64,000 bases of DNA from Obrimoposthia wandeli (lineage: Eukaryota): contig CDROCS010000137.1 of NCBI GenBank assembly GCA_977020255.1, positions 62,001 to 126,000 of the forward strand, written 5' to 3'. A program made the translations under genes and the position numbers. Below are positions 28,201 to 40,900 of the stretch, in pieces. The notes under the pieces were generated by a model. It made no database searches. It worked only from the letters and a program-made list of their open reading frames with translations, and was not told the origin of the DNA. Each line of letters begins with the position of its first letter. Positions within the stretch are counted from its first letter, which is position 1.

Positions 28201-31200
28201 AATTTAAAAAATACAACTTAAATCAGGGACAACCAAAAGGTTTGACAGTTCGAGTGATACGTAAAAATGGAGATAGTCTGCTCTGGAGGTCAACGTTTAT
28301 ATATTTCTGGTTTCAGTGGTCCCTTTGGAATTGATTCTTTCAAGTTGTAGACATCAGATATGTTCGATTATCAGGGCTGTATGGTGGCTAATCAATGAAT
28401 TATTTAATTCCCCATCTCAGCTGCACTGTGAGGACTCGCATTATCTCACAGTCAAATAAAGTGGTTCTCAAATCTATATAAAAGGTATTCGGAATCTAAA
28501 AATTATTTAATAAACAGAATAAATTTTCACGACATTTCGTATGACATTTTATTGAAAAATTTGAACACGTGAAAAGTAAAATTTATATTAAAACTATTTC
28601 TGAAGATCAATATTTACACTGATAAATTTTGGAATATTTTAAATTAGCTAATCCCAAACTTATCTGAAGTATTCCTATATATGGAAAGCCAAAGAGAGAA
28701 GAAAAAAGATAATCGTATATGTATTTATTGTATACAGTATACTTGTATCGTTCAGAGAAAGGAGGATATTGATTCTTTCCCTACCAATTTTCAACGTCGA
28801 ATACATGTTTTATTTTATTTTTCCATTGAGCAGCTGATCAGGTTCAGGCCGGACTCCATTTGCACCTTTCCTTGATAAATCAGTCCCTTCAAAAAAACTG
28901 AAAACAATGCTTTATGAGTTCCGGGTAAATATTATTATTCCATAAAACTACAAAGAAAACCACTGATAAAGTTGTACTTGATAACAAAATGTTAAAAAGT
29001 TTCACAAAAGGTGTAAATGGCTTATTCAAAAAAATCCCTTTCATTATCAATAACTCTTTGTCATCTTTCTGGAAACTGTGAATGATTTATTTAATTGTCG
29101 TGTGGTTGGAAGAAAACTAATCTACAAAACAAATTGTACCAGTTCAGCACTTAGCATTTCATCTAAATCTTTATCGACAACCTCAACCAATTTAAAAAAT
29201 ACATTTTTTAAATATTTTCCCACTTTCTAGAGAAAGTAGCGCACCTAAGAAAACGAGAATATTTACTACCATACTCCTCAAGTCACTTCCCAAGAAAGGT
29301 CACAAACTAGTCGATCACTTTCAAAGAAAAACGTTCAAAATTCTAGCACACTTCGATAATCGAAAGAACAGAGGTTTATATCAACATGAAAATGCAATAA
29401 CTTCAACAGAGCTCTTTTGAATTTTGAAACCTTTTGCATGTGGCGTTTACTCGATAAAGAAATTCATTTCAAAACAGCATTATTGGACGTGTCCAAAGAG
29501 CATTGGCCTCTAAACGACTTCTGCAATTCCTGTTTTTCGTTTTTCACTTTGCAGCACCCCTTCAAAATATCGTCTGTCGAAAGAACTCTTCCTTAAAAAA
29601 AATGTATTACTACATTACCATATTCTTTAATATATTTGAAACGTTTGAAAAATAGTATTAGTAGAGAGAATTATTGAATTTGACATACACTAAATTAATA
29701 CACAGAAAATAAAGTTAGTACTATTAATATCATAAAAATGTATAATTGATATGCACAAATGTTTTTCCCCAATGTACAATGATAGTTAATTGCACCCATT
29801 TTCTCTTTTCACTACTATTGTAGTATAAAAAATCGTTATTTGACAATAATTAGTGATATTTTTATACAAACTTAAAAATTGCTATTTTAAATGAATGACA
29901 AATAGAATAGAAGTACTGAACTCTGACGTTTTTTCAGTTAATAATAAAAGTACAGAACTGTATTTTTTTCAAAAATATGTGGAGGTCCTTGGAGACTTTT
30001 CCACATTGCCCGCTTTGAATTCAGCCTGGTTCAGAAGGTCTCCCAGAATGATAACGATATATCACTGAAAAATATCCATTTTAAGATTCATTCTTTCCTA
30101 TGCAGCATGTTTTGTCTGCAGAGCTTCTTCGTCAATATTTTCAATTCATTCTTCAACAATGTTGGTGGAAATCGATATTGGAGGGAAATTGTAACGATAC
30201 CAATGAGCATAATTTCACTAAATATATCTCAACCGTACGCAGTTTTGAAGAATCCTCATGAAAACCAAACCATAGTCAAAACGCGTAAGCTCGAAGCAAG
30301 AACTATCTTTGGTGATGTAAGTCAAATATGGGGTTAAAGGCGTCTTAATTGGAAAGGGTTCAAATCAATATTGCTCCGGAGTTGGAAAACTAATCACACA
30401 TTGCAATAGTTCTTCTCCACTTTGAATAAACGAAGTGAAAACAGTTTAACAGTAAAAAATGTTACAATATATTTCTCATGCAAAAGCTGCGAAAGAAAGG
30501 TCCAGTAGCTCTTCAAATGAAAGATAGTGAAATATAGTTAAAAAATAAATTGGGGAAAATATATTTTCGTTAAATAATTCAAAATTAATTAAATAATATG
30601 TGAAAAAGCCAAATATATATATAAATTTATATTTGGATATTTTGCATAATTTAACTAAATATAATTTGAAACATTATCACTTCTTTTTCAACTATTTTGA
30701 TTCCCTAAGTCGCAACCATCCCAAAATTTAGTCAATAATTTTTACGAGCAAAATTCGTTTCGTAGTTGAAAGTTACGCCATTATTTTGAGTTTTGCAGTC
30801 CACAAAAAGGGCTCTATCCCGTTTGGGAACCTCTGCCGAAACTCTACGTATGGAGATATTTTAGCATTATATTATTAATTAAATTTTGATATTTGAGAAA
30901 AACATGAGAATTCCCAGACTGAATTCTTGAAAATTAACATAAAATAATTAGTCTAGCAACATAAATTAACAAGATGATGTTTACAAATGAGAATTATTAA
31001 TCTATGCACAACCAATAATACAATTTATTTTTTGGGAGATTTGTGTAACAATTTAGATTAAATAATCCTTTATAGAGTTTTCTTGATTAATATATGCTTC
31101 GTTCACACTGAAACAGAGCAAAATATTGTTCTCGAGACATCGAAATTTTATAATCATAATATTCATTTCCTATGAAATATCTTCAGTATCCACCCCTATT

Positions 31201-31464
31201 TTACAAATAACAGTTTTTTTTAATGATAAAGAAAAAGAAATATTAAAAACTCTTTATAGACAAAATATCAAAATTAGAAAATTTTGAACGTGATAAAATT
31301 TTTGTCGCCATCAGAAATCTGTAAAAGTTTATTTTTAATAGAGCAAAAGTTTTCATGGTGCACTTTGTTATCAAACATCTTATTCAAATAAAAAATGTCT
31401 TAAACAAATTATCTTTATTACTTACAAATTATTTCTATGGTGCTCTGAATTGCTGAAATATGAC

Positions 31465-32362
31465 AGATGAAATGGCCATTTGCTGGTTAGATGAAATGAC
31501 CATTTGCTGGTTAGATGAAATGACCATTTGCTGGTTAGATGAAATGCTCATTTGCTGGTTAGATGAAATAACCATTTGCTGGTTAGATGAAATGACCATT
31601 TGCTGGTTAGATGAAATGACCATTTGCTGGTTAGATGAAATGACCATTTGCTGGTTAGATGAAATGCTCATTTGCTGGTTAGATGAAATGGCCATTTACT
31701 GGTTAGATGAAATGGCCATTTGCTGGTTAGATAAAATGGCCATTTGCTGGTTAGATAAAATGGCCATTTGCTGGTTAGATGAAATGCTCATTTGCTGGTT
31801 AGATGAAATGCTCATTTGCTGGTTAGATGAAATGGCCATTTACTGGTTAGATGAAATGCTCATTTGCTGGTTAGATGAAATGGCCATTTGCTGGTTAGAT
31901 AAAATGACCATTTGCTGGTTAGATGAAATGGCCATTAGCTGGTTAGATTAAATGCTCATTTGCTGGTTAGATGAAATGACCATTTGCTGGTTAGATGAAA
32001 TGACCATTTGCTGGTTAGATGAAATGACCATTTGCTGGTTAGATGAAATGACCATTTGCTGGTTAGATGAAATGACCATTTGCTGGTTAGATGAAATGAC
32101 CATTTGCTGGTTAGATGAAATGACCATTTGCTGGTTAGATGAAATGACCATTTGCTGGTTAGATGAAATGCTCATTTGCTGGTTAGATGAAATGGCCATT
32201 TGCTGGTTAGATGAAATGGCCATTTGCTGGTTAGATGAAATGGCCATTTGCTGGTTAGATGAAATGCTCATTTGCTGGTTAGATTAAATGCTCATTTGCT
32301 GGTTAGATGAAATGCTCATTTGCTGGTTAGATGAAATGCTCTTTTGCTGGATAGATGAAATG
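31465..32362. repeat. Minisatellite, 24-bp unit GATGAAATG(AC/GC/CT)CATTTGCTGGTTA, ~37 copies
   Basis: Direct inspection; units abut with no unique spacers. Confidence 0.95.
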
Positions 32363-33189
32363 GTACCCAGTAAAAGATAAAAGACACCCAGTGTATAGAT
32401 TTAGAAAGTTTTGTTTACACATTATGGTAATATCGCACAATCTGAAGTGTAAGATAATTAACTAGACATAGTTTCTTTTCTAAACACAGAAGTCTAAAGT
32501 TAAATGATTTGGACTATATGAGGACTTTACTAATAGAAAGAAATCCGGAAGAAATATTTGTCGCATGCTAAACGAGGAAATAAATTCAAAACTGTTAATA
32601 AGATTTAAATAAATAACAAAGGTATTTATAGTAAACGTAAAACCTTCTAAATTGAAGGTTATAAAAAAATAAAATAAATTTATGAAAGAAATGTTAAAAG
32701 AAATAAAAACGAAATCAATTAAGACCTTGAAGGTCACGAAGAGAGAATATGTAAGGAAAAAATATTAGAAGAGGCCGTGTAGGAAGTAATAACTTAGAGA
32801 AGAAAAGTATTGTCAATAACTAAAAAGTGTGTAGTCTCGCGTCGACGATTGAATTAAGAAAAATGCCCTTAGTTGTGAAAGTTCATGCGGTCGTGAATCA
32901 TCCGGCCTCGACAAGAGCAGGTGAAATTCAATTAAAATATTAAGTAAATCGATTTGAATTGAATATTTGAACCGTAAAATATCTAAAGTAAATCGATTTC
33001 AAAGTTGTTTGCCTTGAGCAATAAAATTGTCGCCGTTAAGAAGTCACTGTAATTTGTTTTGTAAATTCTCTATTAGCAAATTAGAGTACAATTTCATAAA
33101 GTCTCTGTTGTTATAAGATTACATTGTCTAAAATTAAAAGCGAAGCCTTAACATAAGACTTGTAAGGGAACCACCTAATCAGTGACACA

Positions 33190-33485
33190 CTAGCCTAAGT
33201 CCTGACATATTCAGAAGGTTACTGTCAACACTGAATATGTCCAGCTTAATTTTGTCTATTTCTGGTCTTGACATCATTAACATCATAACCGGGTCATTGA
33301 TTCAGTTTCAATCAACGCCACAACAGTTTTAAGGAATTTTTCGTTATTTTGTACACAACTCTTCAACACATCACAAAAATCTTCGGAGACTAGGAAGCAT
33401 CTGTAAGCCCTATCGTGACAGAACTCAAGTTGTTGGGCTCCGTACGAGGATTCTAAGAGTTTATAAAAAACACCAACAAATTTAA
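33190..33485 (-). repeat. Dispersed repeat family copy, possibly from a retrotransposon gag-protease region
   Basis: Colinear with 44250-44585 over ~300 bp; weak aspartic-protease-like peptides (VVALIETES; AYGNPLKISG in the 44-kb copy). Confidence 0.55.
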
Positions 33486-33706
33486 GAATATCGTACAATA
33501 AGCTACTGTTATAATATAAATATTTAAATTAGTAAATATAAAGGAGAATAAAGGATTCTTGTGAAATCCAGTTTGTTCTTTTTTTTTTAGAGTTTGATAA
33601 AAGCTTATCCCATATGACTGGAGAGTGGATTTATGACAAGTCACAAGCTAAGCTAGAAAGTGTTAAGCTAGAAACAAAATGTAACTTCATTATATATTAA
33701 AATTGA

Positions 33707-34040
33707 ATCGAATTTGCAAAAATGTACCTAAAGAATTTGTACAATGTTTGACATTTTTATGGTCAGATGAAAAGTGGTTTACGCTAGATGCCCTCATATC
33801 ACAGATCATACTGGAAACATCTCAAATAAAATACAATAAAAAACAGAAGAATAACGGAATGGGGATTTTTTGGGAGAAAAGAAAATCAATTTAATCTTTA
33901 TGTTTGATTACAGATTTAAATTAGAAGAATACACAAATGTTCTTAGAAATAAACTTATTATAAAAATATGATGTGAAGCAGCACTTCAACAAGACAGTGC
34001 TTCTGTTCAAAGATCAAAAATATCTCCGACTTTGTAAATT
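33707..34040 (+). pseudogene. Tc1/mariner transposase remnant
   Basis: IEFAK, FLWSDEKWFTLD, LQQDSA and DWPTVSPNLHP motifs occur in order, with frameshifts and stops. Confidence 0.8.
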
Positions 34041-37000
34041 CCATCAATATAGATGAAAAGGATTGGCCGACTGTCAGCCCCAATTTACACCCATGGACAA
34101 TTTTGAGCCCTTTCATGTAATAGGGTGTAGAGAGCTACGAAACAGTATAGGGAGAAATAAGGTCAGAAAGAAAGTATAAATAGTGATTGGTTTGCAATAC
34201 AGCAAAATATTCGGGATCTTTTATCAAGAAATGCACCAAAGAGTTTAATAGACGTCTTTAGAAAAGCGGTTCAAGTACCAAACGTTGATCTGAAAGAGAA
34301 ATGAATGGTAAAACAAGGTTTTGTTGTTTATAGTTTTATTTGAAACAATTCCTTCTGTAAAAATTTGAGTCTACAAAATTTCGAGAAAAAATACAATTAG
34401 GTAATTGTTTTATTTTACCTGAATATGAACCTTTGTGTCACTGATCTACATTGACAGAAATGCTTCATCGTGTATAGGATGATGATAATGAGGAATTTCG
34501 CTAGAAAACCCGTCTAAATAACTTTAGGAAATGTTTAAGAAAATTTAAATCTTAATTATTATTTTATTTCAACAGCAAAAAATAAAAAATACAATGAGAA
34601 TGTCTTATAACAAGATTTTATGTTCTCTTCATGGATGTTCAGTTGGAAAGACGCATATTTTCCCTTCTAGTTAGATAGCTAATGTTGGCAGATCTGACAC
34701 TCAACGGAGTGCAACCCTAAATTGTTTGGTGGAGTTATTTTGAAAGATTTTTTCATTCCCATATTCTTAGATATTAGAAATTCTAACCGCTTTGCGATTA
34801 CCGTTCATTCTGCAATTTCAATCCTTTCTAAATTTTTTTGGACGTGTACGTTATTTTCTTTCTGATTGTCCATTTTCAAATCTTTTTCGTTTTTTAAAAA
34901 GTGAATAAATTTGATTAATTTCTTTAAGCTGAAATATAAAAAAGTTAAAATAAATTTATTAAATATTTTTTTTAAATTTAGAAGCAATAAATTGTTTATT
35001 AAAATAAGAAAAAATATTGTTCCTTTGCGCGTTGCACGCGGAATTTTAGGGTACATACGAATAGTCGAGCATTAGCTGGAGATTGTCGTGGTCCCCTAGA
35101 GAAACGTACTGAATTGGGAGTCTTCAAATTGCATCAAGGTTGAAGCCAGAAACTTCCCTATTGCACTGGTTACTCCAAATTGCTTAAGTCATCATTTGTT
35201 TGCCACAGGAATCAGAGACTCGGTGGACATTGTGCCTTGCGATGCTGCGGCAATGGTCGAAAACAGCATAGCAGTGCTACTGAGAACAATGAAAAAAGAA
35301 AAGAAAGTTCAGTAAAAATGTTTTTCCGAATACAATGAGAGTCATTGTTGGGAATCGGATCGAAATATATGGAGGTTGTGGAAGACTCTCAGGAAATGAA
35401 ATGAGCATACAAAAAGACATGAAATATTTGTTAAGTCTTACCTCAAGAGGAACTCTCAAATCGGTATTTATAACCGCTCGTGAAACCATTTTGGCCATAC
35501 CATCCAGTTTGTTTATTTTCTTCACAATCTCAAATACCGCGTCGTTCATGCTCTAAAGCCGAGAAAGGGAAATGCGCTGTGCAGTAAAGTTTGTTCTGTA
35601 GAGTTGTACGTATAAATGAGATGTGGATATTCGTGATATTCGATCCAAGCAGACATGGCAGCTCAGTCAGTGCCTAGTTTCGTCTGTTGGAGATTGTAGT
35701 CTCGAATCAGTTTCCAACGACTTGCTGTACCAGAGCTCCGATATAGTGCTTCAGCTTCTAGGACATTTCCTTGTCTCATCCCCTTTTCATTCCCTTCTGT
35801 TCTCTATCATGTTGAGGCTTACCATTGACAACCCTTGGAATGATCAATTGAAGCCAAGAAATTGTGACTTTCAAGCCATTGGAGAGGATTTTAAAGATAT
35901 ATTCAACAAACAAGAAAGTCAATTTAGGTCTGTCAGTAGTTAAACATTTCAATTTTTAAGTCAGATTTATTCTAAACTGTAGACAACGAAATTATACTAA
36001 CTTGATCATACATGCATTTTGGTTTCTAGGATTCGTTAATTTTCATAGGAACTCTGACAAATTCCAACTAGAATAGCATACAGGCAACGAGCACAGTTGC
36101 GAACATTTCTTCTAAAGTAATGCCTGTGAGTTGCATGATCGTTTGGCCACTGAGAAAGGTCACGTATTGAGATGACTATATTTACCCCCACGTTTAATCT
36201 TATCAAGGTAGGTTCTTCGCAAAGCCCCATACATTTGACCACCCATTGGCTAGTGAAGTGTAACTTCAGTCTCGACATTTGTATCACACATCGCTCTTGG
36301 GCTCTATCCGGACTGCAACTCATACAATCTTAAAATTCTCATTAAGTCAGCATATTTTCATGAATCTTTCAGAAAATAATTTTTGTTTTTAATTTGTTGG
36401 CATAAAATGTTTAAATCATTTTAAAAAGTAATTCGCAAGAAGAAAATATGTGAAAATTAAATTTAGAAAGAAAAATTGGAAATTGTTTCTGTCTAGTGTT
36501 AGATTAAAGAAAATTAAAAATAAGATAATAAAGAATAATTTTTTATACTAAAAAGTTAACCTTAAAAATCAAATGTCGCAACAAATTCAAAATTAAATAA
36601 TTTATATACTCAAAGATGATTTTCTTAATTAGCAAAATTAATTTTTTTTAATTTTTAAAATGAAAATGTATTTGCAGTTCTATACGGCCTGGCTCAATTT
36701 ATTTGTTTGGTCCTTGCCATAAAGTTTAGGTACCTCTGTAACAAACGATCAAATAAATTTTGTGTAAATGCTCTTAAAAATTCAAATTTCAATTGTTTTT
36801 GAAAGAATGAATTTCTAAATTTATCTATGTAGGTAATTTTAATGAATATGATATATTTATTTTTTCATATAAATAAAGTTTCTAATATTTATGTTTTAGA
36901 ATGGATTTAAGTTTAAATTTACATTTGTATGATTTTTTTCTTTAACAAATAAAAAGTTTCTTGTAAGGTCAAACTCAAAATAATAATTAACTTTTTTTAA

Positions 37001-37846
37001 ATCACAATTACTTTAAAAAATTTAATCTTAAAACAAAACATTCAAATATTTGTATTATTTATTTTCTCTTTTACTAGAGTGAGCAAATATGAAGCATAAA
37101 TCCGTCGTCAATTTTATATATTAAACTATGAAATTAAAATTTTGTACATATCTGAACATGATCCCACAATCTCAGTCACCAGGGACCAATAATGGGGACG
37201 CACATTCCACATCCACCACGACAACAGACAATCATATCTACAAGGAAATTGTTCGGACGTCAAGAGAAATTATCTCAACTTGAGAATGACTCGCTCACTG
37301 CACAAACATCTCCCGCGATTATCGATTCTTGTTAATTCCCGATGGAAGAGCGTATATCGTTCACTGAGCTTTGAGACTGCGTTTCTTCACAAACTCCCAG
37401 AACGCCAAGAAGTGGGAACCGCAGTGGGGGATCACAGCGAAGAGGCTGTGGAGCTCCGTGGACAATCAGTGAATGAACGCTCTGGCCGTGGTACATTGAA
37501 AGTGAAGTCACAAAGCGACGGCGCAACAAGAGGGCATCATCCGTTTATACAAATGTTTGCAGAATTAACTATCTGTTAACGTGTTGTTGTTTTCTTAATT
37601 AGAAGAGTTTTTATATACTTTTGAACTCCAAAATTTGCGCCCATCGGTTGCTACAGCTATCTGAGTTCAATCCAATGAACAATTGAACTCTGCTATGAAT
37701 ATGAAACACGCTCAGCACCACCTTAAATGGGGTGTAGATTCACTGGCGAGAATCTTGTTTCGGACCCTTCTAGGAACTGGGCTCTGATGTATGACCTCGA
37801 AATGTATCAGCCGACCATAGCGCGAACCTATAGCGGGACGACTCAC

Positions 37847-37952
37847 CGATGTTGAGGTCCACCACATCTGCAGCCAGCCCGGCCACATAGAGGAGGAGGA
37901 TGGGGAGAAGTGGCTGTGTGGCTGTCCACCCAGCAACAGCTTGTTTCATCAA
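37847..37952 (-). CDS. iGluR exon 1 with signal peptide (MMKQAVAGWTATQPLLPILLLYVAGLAADVVDLNIG)
   Basis: ATG, hydrophobic core, GTGAGT donor in phase 1; joins the 24929 exon to give LNIGLVL across a ~12.9-kb intron. Confidence 0.8.
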
Positions 37953-40900
37953 TGCTGCTGTTTCTGCTTATGCTCCTGTGATTGTGTAGAATGACCAACT
38001 GAGCTATGCGGTATGTCTGTCCCCCACTGGTAACTGGCTGACTGACTGGCGAATGGCTGTGACAGTGTGGGTGGATGTGTGTGTGTGAGGGGTCTGGGGT
38101 CCCAGCCGGTTGCAGCCAATCAGCGATCTGCACAGACAATGCTACCCTATGTGCCTCCTGCACATGGCACTGTCACTTTCTGTCTGCCCGTGTGTGTGCT
38201 CTGCCGATCGATATCTGCACCCGGCCCTGCACCACCCCACCCAATTGTATATCCCAACCAGCTGCACTTATCATTCACCCCTGCACCACCAACACCACCA
38301 ACATCGATCTGTGCTAATTTATGCGCCTCGCAGTTTTGACTATTCATCGATTTTTCATTTCATTTGCCCAGCTAATTTTCTTTTAATGGGAGTTTCTAGC
38401 TCAACATTCGAAGACGGTGACTGCCATAGTCCAGGGGAGAATTCATTTTCACACAGAAGACGACTGGAGAAGACATGACGACAATAATGATACTACGCTC
38501 GGATACAGTGAGGGTGAAGAGGGCAAATCGTAAATAACTGAATTAATAGCACGAATCGACATTTATTATTCCTCGGGGACCGAAGCGGCTTAGATTATGT
38601 GTTGCCATGGCCACAAATTGGGATTTCCCATCCATTTGCAGCTTAAAAATCAAATAAATATCGAAAATACATTTTAATGTTTATTCCCAAAACCGGGAAT
38701 TTGTTGGCTTCAAATCCATTTGTCAGAGTTCTTTGCTTCTTTTGATTTTCCCCATGTGCTACTCTGTGTAGATATGAATATATTTTCCCGCCACAATTGG
38801 GCATCTGGGTGAAACAGGATTTTCAAAAAATACAATTCGGTTCTAGAACATTTCTCAAAGTTGTTTCAATTTGCCGCGAACTGCAAAATGGGCACTTTTA
38901 ATACTTTTACCCGTTTTCAAAATAACCTCTAATATTTAATTTTTGCTAGTTAAAATTATAATTTCTAATTTAAATTTTATTTTTCAACTTAATAGCTTAA
39001 TAATTACAGTCTTATTTTATTTTAATTATTTTTATTATATATTAAACATTATATTATATAATTTATGTTGTATAAAATTTAATTTAAGTTTGTATAATTA
39101 TTATAAGACAATTAAATTGTAATTTTCCATCAAACCTTAAATCTGTCTTTAAATATTCAATTTCTTTTAAACTCATAAATAACTGACAGAGGAACTCAAA
39201 ATCTCAAATTGATTTGAAGTGTAATTAAATTTCCAAAGACTTTTGAAGTGTGCTCTTTAAGATAAGTTAATTTTAAATTAATTTGTAAAATCAGTCATTA
39301 TATCTTTAAAATCAAGTAACAAATTACCTCTAGTCTTAACTTATTGTAAATATATGAGCATCACTCAATAAGTTTAGCAATGTATACATATTAATATATT
39401 AATCTTCAAATATTTGAGTAGAAATATGTTAAAATATCAGTCATATTAAAATAAATTTAAAATTGATAACTTTTGCAATGTACTAAAATTTTCTTTAAAT
39501 ACTTTATTTAGTTTTACATATTTTTGTAATCAAATAATTGTAAATTAGAATTTAAAAGTCATTGTAAAAGTACTGAGATGCCACTCCCTTGTTTTATTCT
39601 GTAAAAATATAAATTATAAACCGTAAAGTTAAAAGTAATACTTGTAATTTTTGTAATCTTATTATAACATTTTTTGATAAAACTTTTCTTAAAAGGAAAT
39701 CGCGCTGATAAGGACTATATAATTTTTTCCCCTCATTATCTACAATTATTTATGTATTATTTATCACCATTTTAAGTTCTTACTTTTTATGTATTTTAGT
39801 TTGGTAATATGATATTACTGTTAGATTGAGGAAAAACTAAAATAAAAAATAGGTTTATTTAAAGTAATTATTTAACCTCAAAATATTCAAGGATAGGATA
39901 TATATATTATTTTTTCAATATATATATGTTGGGTTAAATTATTTATTTAATGGATTAATTAATTAAAAATTAATGAATTTTTGGTCAAATAAAATTGACA
40001 TTAACTGAAGTGCCCACAGTCAGGGAGGTTTTCCTTGTCAGCATCCGACGGAGTGGACGTCCCGTTTCGCCTTGCCAGGTTCGTCAGGAAGGCGGCGAAA
40101 AAAGTGAATGGCAGAGAGGAGATAAGGAAGTATGTATCACTGGAAATTACCGCCCAGTAGCAGCGGCCTATCTTCTCAGCCTTCCTCCATCGTCATCCGG
40201 AGAGGCATCAGCCTCATCATCATCATTATCATCCATACAGCCAGTTCACTGACCCAATACTTCCACCGTCCTCCATCAACATCATCTCTGTCTACCAGCA
40301 GTCTACTTGTGTCTACATACACTCCTCTGTACGTGTCTGTGTGTGTAGGCAAGTAATTTGCCCTTTTGTGTCCTCACTACACTACCTCAACCGCTGCTGG
40401 ACAGGCCATACAATCGAGCAATAATCACCACCATCACAACAACCCCAGCACAACAAAATCTCCAAAACTCCTACCACCTCTCTAGTCATCAGCAGCAACA
40501 ACACCGGTTACACTATCTCTGACGCAGATGCCACAGTACACAGTCACTTTCATGAAGCCGCCATCCACTCTCCAATGCTGCCACTTCTCAGACATCACAG
40601 TAGATGGTCTACTACAGCAACAAATGCCAAATCTAGATTGGTAGCTGTGCCCTAAACCAACCCAAACTGCATCTGTTTCCATCCGACTCGTGGGCGTACT
40701 ACCCACTGCAGTTCCCCGCTAATCCGACATCATCAGATCAGACTGTCTGGATTCTCCTTATCCTTACAGTCATTTATCCTCGTCAACCAGCAGTCGTAAT
40801 CTCTTCACATCCCAATCTCCCCTTGTATCTCGGTCCTTATTGATTTATCTTCAATCCATCTCTCTCACTCTGCTGTCTATTGTGCATGGGTGTGTGTGCG

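Noticed and set aside
29280-30420. Possible mariner-like decayed sequence
   Set aside because: No DDE/D motif could be read in any frame.
31465-32362. CRISPR-like appearance of the 24-bp repeats (also the 25- and 30-bp arrays)
   Set aside because: Units are contiguous with no unique spacers, there are no cas genes, and the context is eukaryotic.
37200-37580. ORFs 37280..37579 (+) and 37332..37529 (-)
   Set aside because: No homology recognised and no phase-consistent exon structure.
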